Both the position numbers and the translations under genes were made by a program. The notes under the pieces were generated by a model. The model worked only from the letters and a program-made list of their open reading frames with translations, had not been told where the DNA came from and made no database searches. Below are positions 22,761 through 36,926 of a stretch of DNA of 64,000 nt, in pieces (positions within the stretch are counted from its first letter, which is position 1; the number at the start of each line of letters is the position of its first letter). The DNA comes from Octopus vulgaris (lineage: Eukaryota). The stretch is taken from NCBI GenBank assembly GCA_951406725.2, contig OX597814.1:25606001-25670000 (forward strand), in the 5' to 3' direction.

Positions 22761-23651
22761 AACATTAATGTAATGGCAATCGATCTTTAGAGAGCTAGCT
22801 GTTCTCGTGTTACTTCAACCAAAACTTTCAAATCACTAATCCCTCCTCATCACCCATACTGTACCCACGCTTCAAGACGTAGTACTAATAACTACATCCA
22901 ATCATTCTTTTCCAGAATGTTGGTTCCTTGGAATTTTCTCTCTCCTCATATATTTCTTGCGGTTCAAGAGGAACATTACCCTATCAGCTCCACAGGTGGC
23001 AAGGAAATGGTACAGTACCTTTCTTTGAACCAAATAAAAATAATAAAACAATATTAGAAATTAAAACAGAAACAATTCTTAAAGCCAAGGACTTGTACAT
23101 GTATACACAACATGCAGAAGTTAGCACTAGTAGGCGCTGTCAATATATTGCGTAGAATACATTCATCACAAAGCATTTCTTGTACTCAAAGATACTCGGT
23201 ATCGTTACCGCACCAGACGGAATGCTTAGCATTCTGATTTCAGATGCGACTTTACCTTGTATCGATTCGGTGTAGATAAAAAAAAAAAGTACCAGTTGAT
23301 TACTGGGGTCAGTGTAATCCACTAATCTTCTACAAAATTTCAAGCTTTGTGTTTATTATAAGCACGTGGAGGTACTGAAAGCTTTCTGGCTATAAGAGTA
23401 TCGTGAAAGGCCTGGTTAAAAACTGAAGGACCACTGCAATAAGTGTGTGAATCTGAGAGGGGAATAAATTGAATAAAATAATAATTAACTGATCCTTCTG
23501 TATTTTCTTTTATCCAAAGCCAGGAACTTTTCAGCATCCCCTCGTAGTAGAAAGGAATCCGAGTTTACATAGTTTCATTTGTATTGCAGTTTCATTCGTG
23601 TGGCTTCTATTAGTAATAGAAGCAATACAAATAAAACTACAGAATAGCTAA

Positions 23652-24433
23652 TAATAATCCTTTCTACTATAGGCACAAGGTCTGACATTTTGGTGTAGGG
23701 AGGTCAGTCGATTATATCAACCCAAGTGATTAACTGATACATATTTCATCGGCCCCTAAAGGATGCAGGTAAAGTCGACCTCGGTGGCATTTGAAATCAG
23801 AACGCAAACTCAGAATCCTCTTTACTATAAGAACAAAGCTTAAAATTGTGTAGGAGAAGATTAGTGGATTACATTGACTCCAGTAATCAACTGGTACTTA
23901 TTTTATCGACCGGAAACAATACAAGGTGAAGTCGCATTTGAAATCAGAACATAAAACTCGGAAGAAATGCTACTAAGCATTCTTTCCAATGCGATAACGG
24001 TCCTGCCAGCTTGCCGTCTAATTTATATTCCTTTCTACTACAGGCACAAGGCCTGTAATTTTGGAGGAAGAGACTAGTCGATTACATCGACCTCAATATT
24101 TGACTGGTACTTATTTTACCGAATCTGGCGGAATTTGAACTCAGAACGTAAAAACTGAAGAAATGCCACTATGCATTTTGTCCCGAGCGCCAACAATTCT
24201 GTCAGCTCACCGACTTGCCTTATTTATAATGGCTTTAAACTTTTGATACAAGACCAGAAACTTTAAGGAATGCCTGTCGATTACATCGGCCCCTACATTC
24301 AACTTACACTTATTCTATCGACTCCAAAAGAATGAAAGGCAAAGTCAGCTTAAGAGAATTTGAACACAGGACATAATAAATCACAAAAGATACAACAGAG
24401 TATTTTTCCTAACGTTCTGCCCGTTTGCCACCC
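23652..24433 (-). mobile_element. Head-to-tail array of about 4 diverged family B SINEs
   Basis: Reverse-complement tails (atcctttctactataggcacaagg-like) recur near 23654, 23815, 24027 and 24228. Confidence 0.8.
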
Positions 24434-24434
24434 C

Positions 24435-24481
<47 letters not shown>

Positions 24482-25276
24482 TGATAATAATAAATTCATA
24501 TACAACATATAAAAAGTGTAAAATAAAATATAACGTATCATCACATGTATATACACATATACAAGATATTATTATCAACTAAATTAAATTTGATAGATTA
24601 ATAATGACATTGCAAATTTATATTGCTTGAAAGTTTTTATAGTAACGTCGTCCAGGAAAAAGTAATTTCCTGACGTAGTTAATACAAAAAAATTCTTGCA
24701 GCACAGGAGAATATCAAGAGACACTAAAATGGAGTTTCCAGTTTTAATTTGTGAACTAAATGTCTACAGAAGGAAATCAAGTGGATACTGCTTAATTCAA
24801 GACAAGACAGAATAAAATGGTGCCAGAATAAAAGATAGAAAATGCTTGTCACATTCTTTTAATACAGTAAAGTTGTTTATTTAGATATAATCAGGTGATT
24901 TATACAAATGAATTGGAAATTGTATCGAAATCTAATCAAACTGACGTGATGCTATCTTGTACTAGCTTATCCTACAAATACCAAACAAGGTGCAACTAGA
25001 TTATTCTTGACAAATTTCTCTCTTTCCTTTATATATAACATTGACTGAGTAACAAAATCCAAGAAATTTCATTTTGAAATGTAATTTCTCTGAAGTCAAA
25101 TGAGATTATTAGTTTTGTCCAACAACTATAGCTGCTGTCTATATCTACAAGTTCTACTAAAATATTTGGAACGTTGTGTGATGACGGTCTAGCTTTTTGG
25201 TATATTTCTGTCTCTTCCATATCCTTTCTCACTCTGTCTCTCTTTATCTTCCTCCTCTCTCTCACAGTTTACATTC

Positions 25277-25540
25277 ATATATATATTAGACTGTGGATAT
25301 GTGATATACGAGTGTGTGCCTATACACATGTTTGACCGCGTGTGTACCGTTGGCGATTTTTTTCTTCTGTCTTCCCTTCTCTGGATCTTTCCTTCTCCGA
25401 TGTTTCCGACGAAGAGCTCCGTTCGAAACGTTAAACCCTCCTTCTTTCCTTCTTTCCTGAGCGTTCCAGGTCCTCGCGTTGTTGTGTTTTTTTGTGTTTT
25501 CATGTTTGGATTAACTTTATATAAATATAGATATATATGT
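25277..25540 (+). mobile_element. Penelope-like pLTR fragment with minimal hammerhead
   Basis: gttt-CCGACGA-agagc tcc gttc-GAAA-CG-TT-aaac at 25402-25436; TA-rich flanks. Confidence 0.65.
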
Positions 25541-25837
25541 GCACGCGCGTGTGTGTAAATATCTATACAGATAGACATATACTGAAAATTGTTCTGGTTT
25601 ATCTTTTTTTCTTTTCCTGTCGACTCATCCAGTTTAATTTTGTAAATTCATTCCTTCAATTTTTGCCCCCGCCTTCATCTTGTTTGTGGTCGTCAATCGT
25701 TGTCTTCTATTTAATCACAATCAGATCGATATGTCATTTGATAACATCTCCATAGCAAATATTTGAAATCTGTCCTCCATGACTTCCACATTTCAAGTCA
25801 CTACAGAGCACAGCCTTGCGAGTCCTAGTATCCACCA

Positions 25838-26235
25838 TGTGGAGTTATGAGCCAAGCTATGTTGTAGGGAAAGAATGGAATTGAGGAAGTACGCATGTCT
25901 TGTCGGAAGTAGAGCCTGTGGGTCCCACCGGAAGAGCCGCAGTGAGCATCCGGAGTCGGCAAGGCGCGAGCGGTCACTTGGCAGTGGACAGCGTACGAGA
26001 GCAGAGCTGTTAGACGGTACGACGGCAGACAGAACATGTGGACTTTGTGAGCTACCCTTTCCACATAGATAGACGGTACAGCAGCAAACAGAGCACGTGG
26101 ACGCCGTGAGTGACCCTTCCAGATTGACGGTAAGACTACCGTAACTCTCTCTCTCTCTCTGCTTCTGTCTTTTCCTCCTTCACATCATACTCCATTCAGA
26201 TAATACATCCCAATCAACTCAACGGTTATTCCACA
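25838..26235 (+). mobile_element. Candidate solo LTR
   Basis: GC/CpG-rich island with TGTGGA...TCCACA ends, CGGAAG motifs, and GTAAGAC plus a pyrimidine tract as in the LTR at 4492. No TSD found. Confidence 0.45.
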
Positions 26236-26789
26236 AGGATAGGCTCAACACTAGGCAAATTTGCATGCTGCAGGACCTCCTAGTTAAGATGTAGTCTCAT
26301 CAATATATGTTCATTATAAATCGTAAGCTGACACAACTGACAGCTTATCAGATTTTTTGTATGCCGACGGTACTGTGTGTAGGTTTCAGCAGATTACAAC
26401 TGAAAATATAGTTCTACTACACGGCAAACTTTGCATTTAGTTGATAGCATAATTTTACGTTATTTTCTTTAACTCTACCGAAAGGGAGAATACCTGACTT
26501 CATGAAGCGCTCTAGGTCCGTATCCAAGTTATTGTTGTCAGAAATCGTTCTGTCAAAGTGTGTGGACTTCATCGCTACTCTTATACATTCATACATAATG
26601 CAAGAACACATACGCACTCCCATGATATGTGTGTGTGTGAGTGTGAAAAGAGAGAGAAAATAAAAGAAAGAGAGGTGATAGTGAGACAAGAAAGTGATAG
26701 ATAAATATTTTTATTACATGCATTCTGTAACAAAAGCCTCGTCGAAGTTTTGAAATCCAAGACAGTCTAATCGACCAATCCCTGATTTC

Positions 26790-27950
26790 TTGATATTTCA
26801 AAGGAGAAAGTGACAGGCTTTTATGGATTCGATGTTTAAACCTTCGTATTCCATTAACTGGGATTCTGATTGCTGCTTCGAGAAATCCGTTATATATGTG
26901 GATAACCAAGTGTAAGAAACGCCTGCTTAACAGCAAACATTAAGCGGAAGTGAAAAAAGTCGCCTTCGCGCAAAAAGATTCTTTATTCCTTCCTGGCACC
27001 ATAAATTTGGGTTTCAATGGCCTGTAGCATTTATTAGATTCTGTTTCTGTCGGTGTAGTAGTATGTATTCTGTGGTATAACTGTTGATAGCGAGATTTTT
27101 GTAACTTCAGCCTCATCAACTGCGATGATCTTGACACTTTTTATTTTGGTGCTTTGGATTTGTTCTTTATAAATGCAGTTGGCTTGTTAGCAGTTTTACA
27201 AAGATCTCAAGCATTTTTGCAGCTTTGCAACGCATATTTTGTGTCTACTAATTCATTGTTAAATGTTGCATCCAGAATTTCGGTTGTTTTTCCTTCTTTT
27301 CGCATAGTTAGTTTGCAATTTTCAAAGTATAATTCAGGGTTTTGTGAACAACTTTTCTTTAATAAAATCATTGCGTTTCTTTTCGGTGTCTGAAATAGCA
27401 ACTTCAAGTCAGCCTCTCTTGATTTCATTCTAATAAGCTCTCTCTTTTGAATCTGGGTACTGCATGGTTTCTTTCAAAAGCTCAACATGATGGTGAAAAT
27501 AAGACTACCAGTAAAACTTGTCTTCAAATGTATTACTCGATCATCTATGAGAGCAGGAACAGTCTTATGGGACTAATATATAGATGAGTGACAAAAAAAG
27601 TTGACCTAAAAAGTTTTTTTTGATAGATGTCAGATAAGAGATACGTTCTTCCATAGCAAGAGTGTCTCCTTTATGTTCCTTTGGATGTCAGATTGCTGCA
27701 GAATACATTGTTCCAAACTCTGTCGAAAGTTTTGTCCATGTCCAAAGTTATGAAAATACACTCTGGACTATAAACCAAGCAACCGTTCTACGTATGAGAA
27801 ACATAGTAAAGTCAGTTCTACTGTGGCTTAGTCGAAATTGAGTGCTCAGGTGGGTTGGCTTTTAAACAATAACCTTGCATATGGATTACTGATTCTATCA
27901 CATTTCTGATAATGATGAGTTAAGGAAATTAGCGTTCCTAGAGATCAATC
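26790..27950 (-). mobile_element. Old CR1/L2/Jockey-group LINE ORF2 remnant
   Basis: Minus-strand fragments LDMDKTFDRVW (RT), EILDATFNNEL and terminal RRFKHRIHK. Confidence 0.65.
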
Positions 27951-30597
27951 CAGGATTCTCTCATAAATATTGGTATTGTGCGTGCAGTTTGCTACTAGTT
28001 TGTAAGCAAATCTTATGGCAAGATCGGTGAGTTTATCTCTATTGGATCACATGTATTATTTCTATGATCTTTAAATCATTATTGCTTTATAGGGTCGCCT
28101 GTATATGCCCTTTAGTTTATTTGTTTTTATTCAAGGAGTAAGTATATATTTGTACAGATATAAATATGTAGTGGATTGTTTAAGAATGTGTATGGCAAAT
28201 GTAATGTAACGATTAGTTTTAGAATAAATCTTTCATATTTTTCAGGTACGTGATTTAAAAATCACTTTCTCTGTGATTATGTGCATGTAGGAGTGTTTAG
28301 TTGTACTTATCTAGTTTCTTTTATACTGCCTCGTGGAAAATAGTGTCATTGATGTCCGACGAACGAATAAAAGGGTTCACTGCATTTCACCATTATTCAA
28401 TCAATTTTTACAATTTATACCTATCAAATTCTGCTCACAAATCCTTGATCAACAGAGATGATGGTAGGAGACTCGTTCAAGATTCTGAACAGTGGTATCG
28501 AATAAGGAACAATGCGAATGCAAGGCGAATATCTAAAACATAGCGCTACACCTGCGTCAGTGTATTAGAACTTGTTCAGTTTATTTAGTAGAGTCTTTAG
28601 TATAGAAGTTCGTTTTGTTTAGTGGAGTTTTTATTTACACCCAGTTCAGTAGTGACCATCTCGTCTAAAATCACAAGGTTTGATTTGTAAAATGCATGAC
28701 GTAATTAAGTGGTGAGATTTGCATAATTGCTGATGCACTGTAAATCTTTAAGTCACATTATACTATCTCATGTTGTTTCCAACAATACCATGGAAGCAAA
28801 TGTTACTTAGATAGTAAACCTGACTCAAGTGAACTTAATGACACGCCACGATCAATTGGAAACAGGCACCACTGAAGACGTTGTGGGTATGTAATGGATG
28901 TGACCGCATCATAGGTCTACAGCCAAGTTAAACTCTGTCGTTATTTAAAAATATTTGGAAAAACATGAAATGTTATTGATGTCTCATTGAAATAAAAAGT
29001 AATTCTGCTATCACCTGAATGAAACATTTTTCTGAATCATTTTTCCAGTTTTACATGGAATGCATGTTGTGTTCCAGTGATTTGGAATGTTGTGGAAAGA
29101 GGTACCTGGCATGTCTTTACGCTGTCACATAACATACTGGAATTAGAAATCAAATCACTGTCAAACCACACCCAGCTATCTCCAACAGAAAATGATAGAA
29201 AAATTAAATCCTAAAAATATTAGCAAATATAAAAAAGACAAGATAGTCACGCGGCAAGGCAGTCGTGCAATTAACAACCAGTCACTGATAATGTTATTTT
29301 TAGTGATTAATAGAATTTCAAGCTTCTCCACGCGTCTACACACTGCGTAGTATTCACTAGTAATTTCTTTAAATTTGTTTTCAACTTGTCGCATTCTTCT
29401 ATTATAAGACAGTGAAACAAATTTTGCATCAATTTTCTTATAAATGTTAGTGTCTATTGCAACGTCTTTGAAGAAATTAAACCAATTACTGATAAGATTG
29501 TTGGTTTCGTATTCCATACAGTTACGTTACGTTTATTTCGAGCCGGAGATATATTGCTAACTATTGTGTTTCGAATATAATACTTGTGTTATATAACTGC
29601 TGCATATTTTTCGATTAGCATCGTACCAAATAACTTGCAATATTCAGTTATGGCTACGTTCAAATCTCATCGAGGTCGACATTATCTTCATGGTTGATTG
29701 AATATGTACTAGTTAGGTGCTGGGTCATCAAAATAAATAATAGTTAGGTGCTGGGTTCGATATAATCGATTGTTCCTTTCAGTCAAAGTTTCTGGTCTTG
29801 TCCCTACGAAAGGAATCTTATTTTAATGGCGTTGTTAATAGATTCACATATTACTTAGAGATCTAGACATTATGTGTAGAGACCGAGTTACATGTAACAT
29901 TAATAGAAGCTTGTCCACAATGTGGAGTGTACAGCTAGTGCTCGATGTACAGTAAAGAAAACTGTTCGAAAATGAGTTCAATAAATGAGCTTGTGAGAAA
30001 TGATATATTAAGAGTTAGAAAAAATAACTTGTAATTTCCTGTTTCAGCATAATTATTTTACAAGCAACTAATTATCCCAATATTTTCCAACATCACTTCT
30101 AAATATAACAGGAGAATATACTACAGTTCCCTTACTTTAAGGTTAACATATAGCTGTCATTAAATTTGTAGGATTCGTTGACAAAAGCCCCATGTCTATC
30201 CAGATCGTCCAAAATCTATGGTCAAAGGCTTTCTACCTAGTGACTTTTAAGGCTGTTTATTCAGTGTTACCTTCTTTTTTTCTTTTTTTTTTTTGAGAGG
30301 TAGGGCGTGATTTCAAGGAGGTTTGGCTGTTATTTCAAGCATGCCAAGCAATCATAAAGAGGCTCTTTTGGGGGTCCGGAAATATATTACCGGGCGAAAT
30401 AAGGAAATGAGCATAAGATTGTATGGCCAGAAAAACTGTAACAAGGCTTTAACACTTCAAATTTAAAGCCACAGTATTTTCAATAATGTGTCTTATATCA
30501 TCATTTCTCAGTATTTCTTTATCCACTATTTTTTACACAATCAACATATATACACACAAAAAAGCATACATACAAAGGCACACACATACAAACTCAC

Positions 30598-30673
30598 ATA
30601 CATACATACATACATACATACATACATACATACATACATACATACATACATACATACATACATACATACATAC
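30598..30673. repeat. (CATA)n microsatellite
   Basis: Read directly from the sequence. Confidence 0.95.
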
Positions 30674-33600
30674 ACGCACTTAAGAAGTGTTAATCTAAGG
30701 TAATGTTCGGTTTAAACCGTAAATTGGATATACGAGTCAAACAATAGAAGATCGTAATTTCGATATTGCAAGGTCTTATCGGTTTTGTTGTAGTGAGAAC
30801 CTTGTAACTTCTCTTCGTTAGAATATCTATATATAATTCAGTATCCAGCATAAGATTCATGACGTTGAGGTGCAAACTTAGTATTTACTGTTAAATGAAA
30901 GCTACATAACACATCATGCAACATTACACTTAGAGCAACTTTAAAAATATTTGATTTATTTAGATCTGGTCTGCGATGGGTTACGTAATTTCACTTGAAC
31001 ACTAATTGAGTAGTTCTTATTTTGTCTATCCTGAAGAGAAGAAAATATAAGTCGGCCTCAGGATTAAATTTCAGAATGTAAACGAGCAAATATGAATAAC
31101 ACAAGACAATTTCTAATTGAATCTCTATTTTGGGTATTGTTTTGTCACAGATATTTTTCTTGCAGAAAATTAGAAAATTACTACTACTACTACTACTACT
31201 ACTACCACTACTACTGCTGCTGCTGCTATTGTTATCATATCTAGTGTAGAAATTTAACAGACATTCCAACATCAGACTAATTGCCCAGCAGTATTTAACT
31301 TCCTGCCTCTAATTTGTGTGTTCAAATCTCGCCAAAGGCTAATTTTAACTTTTATCACTAAGGGTGAGGGAGGTGAATAAAGTAGTTACAATAATGGGAG
31401 CGATTCAATTGGTTTCTACCCTTATTCCAGGAAAACGCGGTATTTTATTCTTAACGACCTGAATCTTTGACATAAGGACATGGATTTAAGTGTAGACATG
31501 CGATTAGTGGGTATAATCGATTAAATCTAATCAAGTTATTTGTTTGGTATTTATTTTATTGACTCCAAATGATAAAAGGCAACAATTAACCTTGACTGGG
31601 TTTGAACTCGGCACACGAAGGAACTATTTAACAACAGAGGGCAACTAATACCACTGCTCGTTTTTCTACTGCCTTTAATTATTACTTGTCTTTTGTCCCT
31701 AAGGTCTTGGCAAATAAATATATGGTTTGATGTTCTGGCTTTATAGCTTTAAGCAAGTGGGAGGTAAATATATATTTGGCTAAGACACGACAGATGATCT
31801 AGTAATTATAATCAGTTAATTGAATTGCCATGCATAAACTGACTTGTATATGTAACTTAAACACCCAATGAAATATCTACAGATGATTTGAAATCAAAAC
31901 CTATGAGCCGGTACTTTACATTATTTCTCGATTAGCTATTTCGTATCTATAAGTATTACAACTATTTTTCTCCTCCTCAGTTATATTGAGACTGATCTTT
32001 GGTTGGACGGTTCAATGGAGAAGCTATTCATTTGATTCAAACCATTGTTATATTTTTGATTGAGTCTCTCTTTCATGATATCAATGCCAAGAATTTCTGA
32101 CATCTTTGAACTGCCATGCATCCAGTTGCGGTATTGGAACAAATATTTCTCATAATTTTCCTTTGTTCTACATGCTACTGATTTCTATCGATTTCAATTA
32201 TATCCAGTATATTACATAATGCATAAACATCTTTTAATTTGCTTAAATACAAGCCATTCAGATATTTATGCTAATGATGGTGATGACGACTATGCTTATG
32301 ATGATGATGATGATGATGATGGTGTTGACTTAGGAAGCTAAAATTCAGAATTTGAATATTGTATAATGAACATACCCGAATATATACGTGTATGTGTGTG
32401 TGTGTGCATGTGTGTGTGCATATGTGTGTATGTATGGATGTATGGATGGATGGATAAGCCGTCATCAGACAATCAGATGACGGCTAATAAGCTAAAGCTT
32501 TGAAGTCATTGCCAATTTTTATCTTGTAAAAACTAATGAATATGTTACTCTACTAAAGTATATTAACTGATCCTCCAATTTAATGTTCAACTATTTTTAT
32601 ATATAACTTTACATAGAAACAAGCATTGAATATATTTGGATATATATGTATGTGTGTGTGTGTATGTGTGTGTGCGTGTGTGTGTTTGCGTGCGCGTATC
32701 TATTTATGAATATATATTTATATATGTTCCTTCAGGTGAGAGCATATATAAGACTTGTCCTGTTTCTTCCGAGTATAAAAAGCCATCAGAATGCAAATTA
32801 AATCGTTCCAACAGGCTTTCATTGTAGAACTTCTTTGGAGTGATTGGTTTATTTTTCTTAATTATATCTATGCTTTCTTTGGTCAACATCTTTCTGTGAT
32901 AGTTAAGAGAATCAACAAATAGGAGCATTGTTATTTCATTAGATACACATTAAAACAAAACTAGGAGAGCAACAACTTAGGGTAAACTGTCTAATAGCAT
33001 GCAATAATGTAGAAATATTTGCTCATTTAGACGACAGCATTTAGAAAATGATTTAGTGTTTCTTTTAAATATCCAAGTCACCAGAATGCAAGTGGAACAA
33101 TTGGTACATTTTTCATTGGATATCTCGACTTTTCTATTGATTTCTTTAATGTATATAATTGTGATTTCCATGCTTTTCCCACAAGCTATGGATTTAGACT
33201 CCTTTTCAAGCATTGCTTAATCTTAGAGACAGTTATAATCGGTTTGTTATGCTAATTAGGCTTCATTTACCAAAATTTTCCTTGATATTACCCCAAATTT
33301 ACCGAGTTTGATTTCCAGTACAGTTTATTTACTCTCTCGAAGACAGGGTTGGGAGGGATGAAGGTCAGATCATTCCATGCAAGATTACTTAGTGTTCGTA
33401 ATTTTGAAATCTTACCCAGACACACTAAGGTATATCCAAGAATTATAGTCTAAGTAGGAACTTGAATAAAAGTTACTGATTAAAGAAAACCCATGCATAC
33501 ATTATCATTTCTGTGTCATAATTCTAATTATAATATAAGGTCACAGCCGGAGAAATTAAAGAACTGTACAAAATGTATTGCTGTTTTGGTGTTATTACTT

Positions 33601-35383
33601 TGCTTACGAGTTCAAACGCTGTTGTCTTGTGCCTAAACGAAAGAAATGTTTATTATGAAAACGAACTGCAAGTGATATTTTTCGTCCCAGTGTAAATATA
33701 AAATAAGTGCTAAACAATTCTTGAAACATGTTGCAAACTTTCCTCACAAGGATTTCGTTTTTACTTGATATCATTCACGATAACTCATGACATTATTCTT
33801 CCCATTTTTCAGCGATTTACAATAAATATAACACTGTCAAAATATTCACCATACTGGACATAACGTGGAATACATTTTAATTTTATTTCGTTTTCAGTTA
33901 GTTTTATCCAAAATCTTTAATTGCAATGCAAGATGTTTTCTCAGCATAAAAAATATCAAAAGGCTGAGGATACTCTAATTTCTTACAGCTAAGAAGGGAA
34001 ATACAATTAAATACACGAAAGGAAAGACAAAATAGCATAAAAATTGAATAAGTTATTTTTTTTTTAGATATACAAAGAATGATAAGTTATTAGATTTTGT
34101 TGTGAATGTATTTCAACCACTTTTTTATTTATTATTATTATCTACGTCTAATAATTCTTCCAGAGAACAGGAATAAAATTTGATGAAATTTTCAACCAAA
34201 TAATTTTCTTTGTTGTTTTATTTATTTATTTATTTATTTATTTATTTCGTTCTTTCTTTCTTTCTCTCTTTCTTTCTTAATTCCCAAATACTGCAAAAGT
34301 ATTAAGATTCCCACCCTAACAAAAAGTAAATAAAATGAAAAATAGAAAAACGTTAAAAATGGCAAAATATAAAGTTGGCAACCTTTCCACTGAAATTCAA
34401 CATTATTGTGTTTGTGACATGATTGGTTAATAAATTCTTGTTTATTTTTTCAATCTTTTCTATCTCATTATTTCCTTATTCTTTGGTATTTGCAGAGCAG
34501 ATTTATTGAGACTGCATTGTATTGTATTAAGTTCCTTACTCATTCAATAAAACTTCATCTGAAAACAGCTTATCAATATAATGTTGGTCTACTTTTCAGA
34601 TTTTTCAATAAAGTGAAACTGATTACCATAAAAATAGAAAAAAAAATTGTTATGGTATAGCTATCTGCAATCAACTAAAATGATTAGTGTTAAGCAAGCA
34701 ATTTTGAAGTCAATAAGTATGAATAGCTGAGAAACTGTTTAATATATGAAACTGTGATTGGGGTTGTGATGGAGAGTCATAGGAACCAACTCATATATAC
34801 AAACAGTACAAGTATCAATGGATAAATCATGTCATGTTACATGGGTTGAGGATGTTAGTTTGAAAACATATTCAAATAACCTTAACCGTGACAATGTACT
34901 ATCTCGCATCAATGAATTCCTAGACTAACCTGAGACACATTCTTATTTGAATATTATTTTTGGCAGACATTACTATTACGATAACTACCACCTGAACAAC
35001 AAAACAAAATAGATAGGTGGTAATCTTATAACAACAATTTCCAATATTTTAGAGAAAGTTATTTTCAGAACTTAAATATTATTTCTACTGTGTTTCAACT
35101 GAAATGGAATACATCCACCGTTATACACTTAACACTTACTAGTGACACTTGGCAACCTGGATAAAGTTGTAGAAATACTAAAAGAACTGGTCTCAAGCAA
35201 ATTAGTTTCAACAATTGTTCAGTGGAATCCTCCAAAATTGAAACGTCACTCCTATTTTTCCATCTAAAACTTTCACAGAGCATCAATCTAATATAGTCAC
35301 TGTGTACGACCAACTGACGTTTGTTGTTTTCTCCTGTTTTCTTTTTATTTGCCCATGTATATATGTATATATATATGTCTGTG

Positions 35384-35425
<42 letters not shown>

Positions 35426-35429
35426 TATG

Positions 35430-35720
35430 TATCACGTGATCACGTGACCGACCAGACCATCAGATGTAGTTACACATTGCGTTCGCATTGTTTTAGCCTT
35501 CGAATGACGCCACCCCGCTGGCTAAGCGAGCAGGCCAACAGAAGAAAGAGTAATAGAAAGAGTGGTGAACGAGTACAACAGGAATCACCACCCCCTGCCG
35601 GAGCCTCGTGGAGCTTTTAGGTGTTTTCGCTCAATAAACACTCACAACCCCGGTATGGGAATCGAAACCACGATCCTACGACCGCGAGTCCGCTGCCCTA
35701 ACCACTGGGCCATTGCGCCT

Positions 35721-35723
<3 letters not shown>
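35430..35723 (-). mobile_element. SINE with family A tRNA head and a different 3' body
   Basis: Head closely matches 6019-6180; the tail differs (...CACGTGATCACGTGAT). Confidence 0.85.
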
Positions 35724-35811
<88 letters not shown>

Positions 35812-36926
35812 GCGAGAGAAGGAGAGAGAAAAATTGAGATACATACATAGATAAATAATGGTTGTACGTGGAGCAAGTTGAAGAGGTGGCTTAAAGTATG
35901 AGCTAAAGGAAAAGGTCATAATAGTGTTGTAACTGGTTCAGGACACCGAGACAGAAGGCATGAGAGTGATGGTACAGAGCAAAAGACATAGTTGTTATAC
36001 GTGTGATAATAAAATCCATTCGAGTATCTTTTGCTATGAATAACTAAAACGGTTAAAAATGAGGAGCCAAGGGGAAAATATCAGGAGCAGCTGAAGCAAG
36101 CAAACCAGCGAGTTTTGGCTTCTGAAGTACCATCAGTCTCAACTCTAAAAATTCTGGAGGACGTACTCGGTTTAAGAAACAAGTGGGCAAACATCCAGTC
36201 TTATGACCATAGCAACTAACAATAATACACCGTTGACCTGTCATGAGCTGAAGGAGAATAAAGAGGAAGCATTATTAAAAATTGTTGGTGGTAAAAAGAA
36301 AGTGAAATAAGAAAAATTAACCTCAAGAAAAAGCGATGTAACGAGGTACCTTTTTCACAGTATTGCGTCAGAGAAACCAACACACAGTAGACATGCATAT
36401 AAAAACATTAAAAATAATTTCAAAAGTTTCCCTTGGACATGCAAATGACAAAGTGCTTGTAAATTGCTCACCACGGATTTATGAATAAATAAAGGCAAAA
36501 CCCTAAAAGGTCACGATATTCTTAATATTAGCTGATACTTTGGGTACATCAAATGTGATGGGCAGATTATGGAGTGTTCTGGTCTAACTCAGTTAGAGGG
36601 CTCCTACAGAAGGGTGGGCGGTTAACCATAAATGTTTTACATGATTTTCAAATTTTAATTATATCTTGTTTCAGTTATTGGGTTTTATACTATTTATATA
36701 TTTGTTCTTTTTTATATTGTTTTTATATTTATTTCATAGATTATTACCTTTTTAATCCCTCTATTATATAACTTTTGCTTTCCTCCCTAAATTTTTATAT
36801 AACTTTGTCCAATACACCCATCATACGTATTGTAAACCAATTTTCGTTATTCTTCATTGGTTTGGATTCTATATTTTGAGCCCGTGTGACTAAGATAGAA
36901 ATTATTTTATTATGATTAGTATTAAA

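Noticed and set aside
26013-26132. CRISPR-like repeat-spacer pattern
   Set aside because: Eukaryotic context; the units are homologous along their whole length (tandem repeat) and there are no cas genes.
32700-33350. Coding-like minus-strand ORF fragments (also 35095-35313, 49860-50020, 52850-53230)
   Set aside because: No recognisable domain or clean splice-bounded exon; needs a translated search.
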